From the NCBI GenBank assembly GCA_043228905.1, contig JBHGNT010000012.1, positions 2,852,001 through 2,916,000 of the forward strand: DNA of 64,000 nt, in the 5' to 3' direction. Of the stretch, positions 25,033 through 36,293 are shown in pieces. The notes beneath the pieces were generated by a model that did not search any database, had not been told where the DNA came from, and saw only the letters and a program-made list of their open reading frames with translations. How positions within the stretch are numbered: position 1 is the first letter of the stretch; each line of letters begins with the position of its first letter. The translations under genes and the position numbers were made by a program. The DNA is from Azolla caroliniana. Its lineage: Eukaryota > Plantae > Polypodiophyta.

Positions 25033-28000
25033 AGTATAGGGAAAAGGTTAGGAGGATGAGGGAGAGTGACAAGTAGGCTAGAGGAAGAATTGGTTCAAAC
25101 TGTCAGGAATAGTACTAAAACAGAGATGGAATTAGTACTAAAGAACAGTAGTACTATTAGTACTAAGAGAACGGGACTGCGTAAGATTCCCGAGAGAGGA
25201 AGTGAGAAGAGGAGAGAGAGAGATAGCGAGAATGAGAGAGAGAGAGATGATGACAGCAGCTAATATATTATGTGAAAAGATAAGTACAAGCGGCTAAGAG
25301 GCTTAAGACTGGCGTTGAACCAATTTGGTTCAAAACAATGCCTTGTGCCTCCTTTTATAGTGTTTTTAGGAATAATCCTGAAGCTTCTAGAATGTTCCAG
25401 AGAGATCTGGAATATACATCAATTTTCTATGATAAAGTATAAATGAAAATAATATCCTACAAAATACAATTCATAGTCTAATGGTAAGATCTCGACCCAT
25501 GTAGCATAAAGTCATGGGTTCGAGTCTTGCCATATCATGACAGCAAGGAGCACTGGAACGCAAACAAATGGATACTCCGGTACTTGAAGGGCACCTCGCA
25601 TATGTGTCTCCGATTCGGCTCCGGAAAACCTCAACTTGACGGTTTTACCGATTCAGACATGTCGGCTGATGTGGATACCAGCCGGTCCACATCCGAGTAT
25701 GTAATGACATATGCAGGGGGAGCTGTTTCAGTCGAGGGTGCAGAAGACGGTTGCGTTGTCAACCACAGAGGCGGCGGAGTACATGGCAGCTGTGGAAGCC
25801 GGCAAGGAAATCTTATGGATGAAGGACTTCATCGGAGAGCTCGGTGTCCGGCAAGATGAATATCGGCTCTATTGCGACAGTCAAAGTGCCATCCACCTTG
25901 CTAAGAATGCGGCCTACCATTCCCGGACGAAGCATATCTAGCGCAGATATCACTGGATCCGGGAAAGAGTATATGACCAGGAGTTCGCACTGACGAAGAT
26001 CCACACGGCCGAGAACGGGTCAGATATGCTGACAAAAGTGTTGATACCCGACAAGCTGGATGCATGCCGAAAGAGGATCGGTCTAGTAAGACACCCCATG
26101 CCAGAGTGAAGGGGGAGTTTGTTGGGAGACAGGTCCCTCCGGATGGGAAGGGAGAAGAACAGTGCTGATGAACAAACTCGGCCGAGGCCAATAGACCGAG
26201 GCCGAAACCGGATGAGGAGTACCCGGCTACGGAGAGCCGGATGGTGCAGACCCGGCTACGGAGAACCGGATGGTACAGACCCGGTGAAGAATGCTCTCCG
26301 GATGAAGAGACATATTTGTAAATATGTTTCTGAGAGTCCATCGTGGCTATATTTGTAAATAGCTGAAAAGTCATATTAGTATAAATTCTACTTAGGGCAA
26401 ACCTTTAAAGGTCGTCGTCGTCGTTGTTGTTGTTATTCTTGTGCGTGCAAGAATAGAGTGAGTGCGTAACAGTGTACAGAGAGAGAGAGAGAGCAAGAGG
26501 TTGTTGCCTCTGTTGTAACCGCTGCCTGTGGCGAGGATCGTGAGCACGAGGTCGTTGTCTCCGTGAACTCACTGTTGTACATTCTAGCATAGTGATAGTT
26601 TGCAGCCTGTGGGCTGCCGTGGTTTTTCCCTCCTTGGGTTTTCCACGTAAACATCCCGTGTACTCTTCTCCTCTTTGTGTCGTGCTTTCATTGCCCGTTT
26701 TTTGTGTATGAATCTAAGCTTGGTTGTGGCTGAGCATTGCGTATAGGGGAGCATTTAGTTCCTGTCAATAATGGTGTTTGTCACTCTCGAGTCCTCGATC
26801 TTATCCTTGGCCGACCTTCCTTTGCAAGACAAGAGGGTGGCTTGTTCCACACCCTCTCTTGTAGTACCGTTATACTGCACTTCGTCTTTCGTATCGCCCA
26901 CAAAATTCACCCGAAATCGCCGAGACGCGACTTTCTCCTCATCCACCATTTCTCTCAGTTTCGACTCCGTTGGAATCTTCCCTTCGGCCTCGACTTGCAA
27001 CTTCAAGCTCTCATATGCCTCTCTTACCAAGGCTTCCATGTCCTGCACCATCAAACCCTTCCGCCTCAAGCTCTCTTCCTTAGGCGGTAGCATGTCGTCA
27101 CATTTCGTTCCTCTTCGATCATCCCTCCTAGGCCATCTTGTTGCAGACGAGATTCCCGCTCCCTCCTTATCATGTCGTCAACACACTGTTCTCACTTGGG
27201 CCCAATTCTCGTTCGCACTGTCGTCATCCTCAAGTTGGACCCCTATGGCCTCCCTTTCCTTCCGACCGATTGATTTTACAAACAATAGCACCTTATCCAC
27301 CCCCACCAATCGCTCCAAGAGTTGAGCATAACGATGCTCGAACTCTAGGAATGCTTGCATTGCGCTTTGATGGGCCTTCGCCGATGCTACCCAATGGTCG
27401 AACTCGCACCGACCTCTTCCCTTCGGTCTTGCGTAGCCGTATGCCTCTAATAGAGCTTCCCCAAAGGATTCCCACGAGTCATGAGCTTCTCGAAGCTCCT
27501 TCACCTCTTTGTGCGTCGATACGGCCACCACTCGGCAAAAATATTCTAGCCTTGTTGCTTGGCCCACATCTTTGCTTTTTGAGGTTTGCTTGGCCCACAT
27601 CTTTCGTATCCACTTGGCCCACATCTTTGCTTTTTGAGGTTTGCTTGGTCTCTTTGTCGCACACATTTGCTTTTTTCTTCATGCTTTGCTTGACCTCTTT
27701 GTCGCACACATGGACTTTCGTCATTTTGCTTTGCTTTACTTCCATGTTGCACACATTTGCTTTAACCCTTGCCCCCACTCCATCATCTCAGCATTGTAGG
27801 CCCTCAAAAATTTTGGGACCTCGTCCCCGTTGAACCGGCCGACTCGATCAACCACCCTCTCGATGGCTTGTTGAGCCGCATCTCGCTTCGCCATCTTCCG
27901 TCCGGCTTCCATCACGACGTTTGCCATCATCTCCTCGAAGTCGAAGTCTTCTTCCATCTCCATGCTCCCTTTCACTTCCTATTATTTATATAATAAGTAA

Positions 28001-29558
28001 ACATCTAGAAAACCATACTCTCTCTCCTCCCTACTTTTCACCTCTCCTCTTTCTTACTTTTTACACGAAACCCTATACCTCCTTTTCACCCTTCCTTTTC
28101 CCTTTTCTTTTGTATGTGCACAACTAATTGCCTTCGTGTGCACACAATTTGCACATGCACATTTTGACCCCCCTTTCGCTAGTTTTTCCCACACTCGAGC
28201 ACGCCACATCACGACAACGTAAGGTGCACATTCGTACCAATCCTATCGTGTTCCTCATTGTTATGATGTCTCTGTTGTCGACTGCTAGTTGAAACTAATC
28301 GTAGCCTGAGTAGAGATCACCAATAGAATAAATTGACCTTCCCGCAAATGCTTCTACGAACTCATTGATACTTGGACCATTTCCAGCATTGTGGATCGTC
28401 ACCTTATTCATTGGTTGAAGAACTTGGATGAACCTTAAGGTTCCATTCTTCTTTGGTACCGTGAACCACCTATTTGAGTAAGGAGCATTCGACGGTTCCA
28501 GAATTCCCATCTCGACCTTCTCTTTCAAGAGCTTGATTAATTTTGGAATGTGTGCTCTTGGGACAAGTATCGGCTTCATGTTCCATGGCACATGTGATAT
28601 TGTGAATATCACCATCGGTTCTATTATCCTTGGATCTACACATTCTATTTCGTTTGGATAGAATAAATGTTTTCCCATGTCTTCGAGCATTTCCCGAAAT
28701 GTGACTTCTTCTTCTAGCAAGAGAAATTCATCTTTCCCGACACCAGGCTTCTTTTTTGTCTCTTTAGTGAAGGTATGTCTGATTCCTCTTAGATCCCTTA
28801 GGCTTGGATCTCATGCAACTACCTTCATTATTTGCCAGCTATTCTCAGGTAGTGGAATAACAACAGGCTTTACTTTCTTGTCCATAGTTTTGTATTTTGT
28901 ATTAACTTCGACTATCTCGGCCATGATACTTCGATTATACTTGTCGATGGCAACTTACATTTCAATGGAGTTTATCTGAATTGATTGTTGGCTATGAGGG
29001 CTCAAGTCCACAACATTCTCCATTTCACCAATGGTGTTGTTAAATGAGGCTTCCTCCATAATCCATTTAATGCTTTCATCGCTTTCCATTATTTGTTCTT
29101 CCCTTAAAGCTTCCTTGAAGCTTTGCATCCGAGACTTCTCTTCTTTATCAAATGTGTTGATTTTGCACACTCCATTAGGGATTACGTATAATACTTCTTT
29201 CGCAAATTCGCGAAATTTTCTTCCTTCTTGGGGCATACGCTTGTTTGGACTATTCACGCCCCACTCGCAAATAGCCCGACCTAAAAATGCGAAGCATCTT
29301 CTCCAAGACTATCCCAGTTCCTTTTGTTGTTGGCACATACAGTCAGGAATTGTACGGCCTTCTTCCCGTCAAGACTCCTTACTCAAGCAAATGCCGCACC
29401 ATTGTCAAACACTTTGGTTTCCATCGGGGACGATGTTATGTATGGTTGCCCAAGAATGATAGGATGGGATGTCATATCTTGAATAAAAAAATGTTGATCT
29501 ATCTTGACATCACCAATCGTGATGGGGATATGAGGACATGTACCATACAGGTCTTTGG

Positions 29559-31668
29559 TGTCACGGATGAGTATAATAGAGTAGAACCAAGACGAGACTA
29601 AGAACTAGGAGAGAGACAAAAAACAAAAACTTGACTTATGATTCCATAACTAGTGTTGTTCACCTTGATTAGAATCAAGGTGCACCTGAGTATTTATACA
29701 AGAAGGTAGAGGTATGTATGCTAGCTAGGAATAGAGAATGCATGAAGAGCATGCAAGCTAGTATTTCCAATGCTCAATCTACCATACATGAAGTTGGATT
29801 TTATACCAGGATTCATTGATGGATGTAGCTTCGTTGGTAGGGTTGCCCAATGGAGACCAAGAGGTCTTGGGTTCAATCCCTACCTTCCATTGTGGGTATG
29901 CAAATGTCATAGATGTCTATGACATTATCCACCCCCTAAGGCCGCCTTCGAAGATCTGTGGCAGGCTTCTGTGGGTACTGTTGATGAAAAGCTCAAGCTT
30001 GAATGGCCTCGGGAGCATTTTGTAAATGTGTAACCGGTTCCTACGTGGTATCCAAAATGGGGTAACCTTTCCATAAGACCAAATATTAAATGTGACTAGC
30101 TTGATTCGCTCGATGATACAGAAGGGGCCTAGCTTTTTGTAGTCTAGCTTCGCGCAGGGATGGGTGGTGGCGATGTGATGACATAGCAACCAAACCATGT
30201 CACCGACTGCAAAGGTCAACGCGGCCAAGCGATGACGGTTAGCATGATCCTTATACTGTTTGTCAGCGATATGGAGCTCAAGGGAGAGGTCACGATGGAC
30301 ATCTTGTAAAGTACGGGCACGCATATCTGCCGACGGATTGATGGAAATCGCAGGAATGGAAATGTTGAAACGAGGGTGGAACTCATAGTTTACAAAGAAT
30401 GGGGAAACCTTAGTTGAGGCATGGATAATATTATTGTAGGAAAAATCTACCATGGCAAGGAAGTCCACCCAATCCTCTTGTTGGTAGCTTACTATACACC
30501 GGAGGTATTGTTCGAGGATTTGGTTGACTCTTTCTGTGCGCAATTAACAAGATCACAGAAGTCCTGAATGTTTGCAGAAGTTGTCGCCATATGTGGGAGA
30601 TAAATTGAGGGCCTCAATCAAAGGTGAAATCCTCGGGTAAACCGTGTAGACGAACGACATTTTTCAAACAAAAATCCGTCGTCTCCTCCCCCGAAATGGT
30701 TTTTGAGCATGGGACAAAGTGAGCCATCTTCAAAAACCGATCGACGATCACTAGCACCGTGTCATGGCTACCGACACGAGGGAGGTCGGTTATAAAGTCC
30801 ATTGAGAGAGAGACCCAAGGTCGACTGGGAAGTAGAAGCAGGTGGAGAAGGTCGTATGGACGATGGTGAGCCTCTTTGGAGTAGGCACAGACGTCACGCA
30901 TCTTGATAAATTCATTGACAAATTTCCAAGGTTGGGGCCACCAAAACCCCTGAGATAGCAACTCCATTGTTTTCGCAACCCCAAAGTGGCCAACAAGAGG
31001 ATCATCGTGGCAATTTTATAGGACTCAAGTGCGACATGCTATAGTTGGTACGTAAAGGAGGTGATTACGATAGAGTAGCCAATACCGAGTTGTAAAGTGA
31101 CTGAGATCCAAGCTTTGCATTCCCTAGCATGGGTCATTGATGCACGCCAGGATGTCGGTAGTGAATGGGTCTGACACGGTGGCCTGGGCGATTTCATTGC
31201 ACAAGTATTCATCATGCAGCATGTAGGTTACGAACATCTGGAGTTGATGGGGCCGCAATAAAAATGTGATTATTGAGAATATGCCTCACCAGTTACGAAA
31301 TCATAAGTCAAGTTCTTGTTCTTTTTCTCTCTCCTAGTTCTTAGTCTCATCTTGGTTCTACTCTCTTATACTCGTCCGTGACAACTTGTTCACCTTGATT
31401 AGAACCAAGGTGCACCTGAGTATTTATACAAGAAGGTAGAAGTATTTATGCTAGCTAGAAATAGAGAATGCATGAAGATGCATGCAAGCTAGGAATAGAG
31501 AATGCATGAGGATGCATGCAAGGTAGGAATTTTCAACGTTCAATCTACCATACATGAAGTTGGATTTTATATACGTAGATGGATGTAGCTTAGTTGGTAG
31601 GGTTGCCTAATGGAAACCAATCCCTACCTTCCACTGTGGGGTTGCAAATGTCATAGATGTCTATGACA
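29559..31668 (-). mobile_element. Internally deleted chromovirus-type Gypsy (second family) with a rearranged 5' LTR
   Basis: 3' LTR 29559-29924, PPT (reverse) ttatccaccccct, integrase fragments (SMDFITDLP, KLDYKKLGPF), 5' LTR remnant 31386-31668 plus inverted R-U5 31287-31383, TSD tttgg/ttcgg. Confidence 0.85.
29819..29890 (+). other. tRNA-like cloverleaf in U3 of the second chromovirus (B-box-deleted copy at 31579-31634)
   Basis: Acceptor stem atggatg/cttccat (6 of 7 pairs), A-box TAGCTT(C/A)GTTGG, B-box GGTTCAATCCC with T-stem. Confidence 0.7.
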
Positions 31669-33001
31669 TTCGGTAGCTTTCGTTGTCGTGCAGATCTTCC
31701 ATCGATGATTTGTATTTATGGGTCATCTTCCCTTTTTGTAGACCTCATTCGACATAAGATTGATCTCGGACCCAATGATGGTCTATTAAAGCTACGACTA
31801 TTTCTTTTCTCTCTCCCAACTTTATTGGCGTCTCCATCGTCGCTCGTACCTAATGAGGCCAAGTATAGTGGTTGTCCACCATATCTTCATAGACTTCATC
31901 CATTGCCATCATTATGGCATTTTCTTTTGCTTTTTGTGGCTTCTCTTCTTCCTTGTCTAACTATTGCCTTTTTCTCTTTGTGAGCTCCATGATCGTATCA
32001 TGGAACTCCTTCATAATGCCGAGCAATTCCCTCAATGACAAGGTCATGTGGCTATCAAGAACATGTTCCTCGAAAATCTTCTTCGGATATGTCGTTTGTT
32101 CTATGTCCGACCTTAGCTTATAGGTAGGCATAGTTCTTGTCTTCCGAGCAGGGTCTTCAACATCAACCCTCATGGGCCGAACCGTTTCTTCGACGTGTTT
32201 GCTCGACTGCCCTTTCCGGCTTGAATCTCCATCCTCCATTCATAAAGCTCAACTTGCTTCCACATCGTCTACCTTTTTTGCGCTCCTTGTTTCATGTCTT
32301 TTTTATGGGTTTTCTTGCCCTTCCATTCTTTTTCTCTTTTCATCCACGCACACCTCGTGGTTGTCACACATCACTTCTGCGAGTATGGTGTTGTCATACA
32401 CCGAATCCGACCATCCGGTTATACTTTGCACACTTTGGTCTGCAGGCTCTACCTCGTTTGAAGTGACTTTCCCCTTCTTCTCATACTCAAGAACTGTAGA
32501 CCAAAACTTTGTTCCCGTTCTAGCAGGTTCATTTTTATCTTTCCCGACTCTTATTACGGCCGATGCCGCATAGTGCATCACATCCACATGAGTCACCTCG
32601 GCATCTTCCATAGCTTTCTTCATTCCCCCTCTTCCGAAATTCACCCGCAAGGGTCTTCTAGTTTCACTCGAGCAAATCATGTTGCCATGCATGTATACAA
32701 TATTTTCTCAGATGGCCTCACTAGGGCTCGTACAATCCCTTCTCGTGTGGTCCAAGCTATCACACCACACACATCTGAAGGGTTCTTTTACTTTTGTCCC
32801 CCAATGATTCATGTTCATTAGTGTGACCATCTCGAACTTATTCATTAATTCTTCAATGATGTCATCATCGATCTTCTTTTCGTCCAGGTTGTTTTGTTTA
32901 GGCGACCATGCTCGTTTTTTCCATGCTCAAGCCATTGACGACGCTTGTCAAGCTTGTTGCACGCTCGCTTCACCGCAACCCAGTCTATCACAAGCCCGTT
33001 C

Positions 33002-33857
33002 GATTGGGTGTCATCTTTGAGGAGAGTCCCCAATTCTCATCTATCATTCACATCCACAACTTTCAAGAAGTATAAAGTCTTGTCCTCCTCAAGCAGCGCT
33101 TGGTCTGTGGCAGGGAAACGACTAAACATCTCGTCAAACTCGTCATACACCCTCAAGGCGCTCATGTTCTTATTTTTCTTCTCGATCCACTTCATCAAGA
33201 CATGTCGAGTCATCCTTGACAAATCCTCGATCGCGAACTCCACTAATATTTCTTTCTCAAAGTAGACCATGTTTTCTTCCCTTCTTGGAGATTGGGTGTC
33301 ATCTTTGAGGAGAGTCCCCAATTCTCATCTATCATTCACATCCACAACTTTCAAGAAGTATAAAGTCTTGTCCTCCTCAAGCAGCGCTTGGTCTGTGGCA
33401 GGGAAACGACTAAACATCTCGTCATACACCCTCGAGGCGCTCATGTTCTTATTTTTCTTCTCGATCCACTTCATCAAGACATGTCGAGTCATCCTTGACA
33501 AATCCTCGATCGCGAACTCCACTAATATTGCTTTCTCAAAGTAGACCATGTTTTCTTCCCTTCTTGGAGATTGGGTGTCATCTTTGAGGAGAGTCCCCAA
33601 TTCTCATCTATCATTCACATCCACAACTTTCAAGAAGTATAAAGTCTTGTCCTCCTCAAGCAGCGCTTGGTCTGTGGCAGGGAAACGACTAAACATCTCG
33701 TCAAACTCGTCATACACCCTCGAGGCGCTCATGTTCTTATTTTTCTTCTCGATCCACTTCATCAAGACATGTCGAGTCATCCTTGACAAATCCTCGATCG
33801 CGAACTCCACTAATATTGCTTTCTCAAAGTAGACCATGTTTTCTTCCCTTCTTGGAG
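33002..33857 (-). repeat. Triple tandem duplication (288/279/288 bp) within host gag
   Basis: Units start gattgggtgtcatc at 33002, 33290 and 33569; the middle copy lacks 9 nt. Confidence 0.95.
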
Positions 33858-36293
33858 CTCGATGACCTGCCTTTGGATGTTGTTGGCGACAACTCGCTTG
33901 AAACTTGAGATTTGACTTGCTTCAGACACGTCCCTCTAGTTCATCTCCCTTTTGTATGCATCAAGGAACTCTGTAATGTTCCTTGCATTAAATTGACCCA
34001 CAACCTTCACCACGCGGTCGACAACCTTCTCCACGCTTGCATCGTTGTTCCGAGATCTCATCATTTGTTCGAAGATTATCATCATTCTTTCGAACTCTCC
34101 CGCTTGATTGATTGAGGATGCCATCTCCAAGTATCAGTCGATCCTCGCCTTGATCCTTCCTACTGCTCCTTTCACGTCAGGGTCGCCAAGAAAGATGTCG
34201 AGGAAATCCTCGTGTGTTCATGAAATGAAGCGGGACTGCTGGGGTCCTGGACCAGAAGGACTCGATGTTTTGCTAGTGGAAGCGAGAAAGTATTGAAGAT
34301 AGATAGAGATTCCAATGCCGAGTTTGAACCCTTGACTTCAATTTTGAGAGACAAGACACCTTTCCAATGATATAACTAGGATTTTTTATATTAATTCTTG
34401 ATTTCCTACATAGCTCCCTTACACATGCCCAACTAGAGGCTAGCGGCTTTTATAGGTCTCTCAATGCAAAAACCATGGGCTAAACCATGTTTTTGTGCAC
34501 ATGGTTTGCTATGACATGCACAAACCCTTAGGCTTAAACCATGGTTTTGTGCACACTGTTTTATATATTTGTTTCCTTGTCACATGGAATACTAAATGTG
34601 ACAAGAAAATATAGTAGGTTTAGTGGTAAGTCAATTGTTTCTTATTTTGGAAGTGCAAGGTGCAAACCTTGCTTGCATGATCCCTTTCTATCCACTCAAA
34701 TGTTACTAGGCTTTAGTCTTATTTTTATATTTAGAAGTGTTTGAGAATTGTGCATATGTTTAACCTTACATCTAGCCTTCCTTTTACCATTCTCATTTCA
34801 GTCCTATTTACAACATGCTCGTGTACATGTGTGACCATCACCCCTTCCACACGTGCGCACATTGCACCTTCTCGATTTTGTCCCTTCCACGCGATTCTCA
34901 TGTTGTTGCCAAAAACCTTCACGACAACGTGCTCCAAACATTCACAGATGCCGATTTTCCTTTTGCTTCTAGGTGTATGGTGAAAATGTTTTCACTTGAA
35001 ACCAAGTTTGTTGTAAACTAGATGGTTTAGGGATTCCACCGTGATGGTGAAGAATTATTATTTTTGGTTCTTGACATTGTCGATCATTTTGTATGATTGG
35101 TATGCCCTAAATGCAACAGGGGTTTTTTTGTATTTTCATTCCCATATCTAATCAAAGGAACTTAAGGGTAAATGAAAATGATTTCATTTCATTGTGTGTG
35201 CTTGTCAATTAGATTTTTGGCTCCCTTTTTCTCAAGAGATGGCATATCAACAAATGGATATGAATAAAGCGAGTTACCCCCCTCAAAACAATGAGAAAGC
35301 ATAATAAGTTTTCATGCATTGGGTTATGTTGTAAATTATTACCACTGCTTTATCAAGATGTTTGTAGAAAAAGTATGTCAATCCTTAGGTCTTGTAAAGG
35401 AATTCAAATTGTTTTCACTTGAATTCAAATTGTGTAATAAGTCTAATCGTATGTTTGGGACATAATAGTATTCGTGGGGCTAAGGCACCTAGTAATCCAT
35501 CTATATCATTTTACTTGAATGACATAGAGTATAGCCACTTCTTGAATTGTGAACTATCATCTCTAAAGATTATGAATTTTATTTCTATTCACATTAATAG
35601 AGTAATGCTCCGCCAATGTGTAATATTAGCGGCATAAAAGATACAACCATATTGCCATTTTTTATATACCAATATTATCAATTAAGTCATCTTTGTTGGT
35701 CCAATGACACCACCACCACCATGGTGCATAGCATTGTTCTTGGGATGTTGCCACTAATGGTACATAGTCTCTTATCAATGAAATAAGCCAAGTGGTGAAT
35801 GATTGTTGATCACTTAGGTGGGTGTGATTAAGCACCCTAATCTAGTCTTCTCCTTAATTTATTATTCGTTACTAATCATTAGTTTGATCCGTAATAGACA
35901 GCTTATTGTCGAGTGATGGAAATTGATAGTCAACTATCAAGATGCACCAAGAGTTTAGCAATTGCTTATATCGAACTATGGACAATCAACAGTCAATTGT
36001 TGATATGCATTTAGAGTTGAACAATATCTTATTGTCAAGCAATGGACGATTGTTGATAGTCTATCCAAGAGAAGATATTTGGGTTGAGCCAATCAAGGAT
36101 CATGCAAAATGAATGTAGGTTTGATTTAGTCACTGAATGGAGTCAAAGCATTTTGTAACTAGCATGTCTTTAGTTAACTAGATAATTAGTTAACGAGATA
36201 CTTCCAATTCCATAGCACATAGTCACAAAAGAGTTAAGGCTCTAGATATCCCACCTTTAAAGTTATCATGACTTAAGGCCAACAGTCATATAT

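Larger units (their letters stand above)
19867..25542 (-). mobile_element. Complete Ty3/Gypsy chromovirus (Tcn1/Tf1-sushi-like) nested in Copia RT
   Basis: 442-bp LTRs 19867-20308 and 25101-25542 with about 6 differences by eye, TSD acaag/gcaag, PPT (reverse) ctatctccccctt at 20309; gag, PR (LLDSGAN), RT (YLDD), RH, INT, chromodomain. Confidence 0.95.
16623..26109 (+). pseudogene. Copia gag-pol polyprotein, split by the chromovirus insertion at 19867-25542
   Basis: CFYCGKPGHFQKNC knuckle, WVVDSGAS protease, LWHKRLCH/VHTDVC integrase, QLDVKTAFLHG and YMDD RT, FTDSD/HSRTKHI RNase H. Frameshift near 16720, stop at 17813, integrase deletion near 18378, further lesions after 25543. Confidence 0.92.
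15893..26767 (+). mobile_element. Full-length Ty1/Copia (Tnt1/Tork-like) retrotransposon, inactivated
   Basis: LTRs 15893-16593 and 26120-26767, TSD ATAAT, Met-i PBS tggtatcagagc at 16596-16607, PPT gaagggggag at 26108-26117. Confidence 0.95.
14164..28216 (-). mobile_element. Non-autonomous Gypsy-type LTR element inserted in the host RT
   Basis: 3' LTR 14164-14955 with PPT tccaccccca at 14956. Only 27967-28216 of the 5' LTR remains (matches 14706-14955). TSD ACGT on both sides. Gag remnants at 26773-27960 (VGRFNGDEVPKFLRAY); no pol. Confidence 0.85.
12770..34926 (-). mobile_element. Host Gypsy element (Trp-type PBS), 3'-truncated, split by nested insertions
   Basis: 5' LTR 34196-34926 (TGTCG...CGACA), PBS 34171-34188, gag about 34130-31960, protease about 29560-29290. 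RT 28720-28217 rejoins in frame with 14160-13653 (MCTLR|QAATNSVAHM) across TSD ACGT. RNase H and the integrase Zn finger run to about 12770. Confidence 0.8.
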
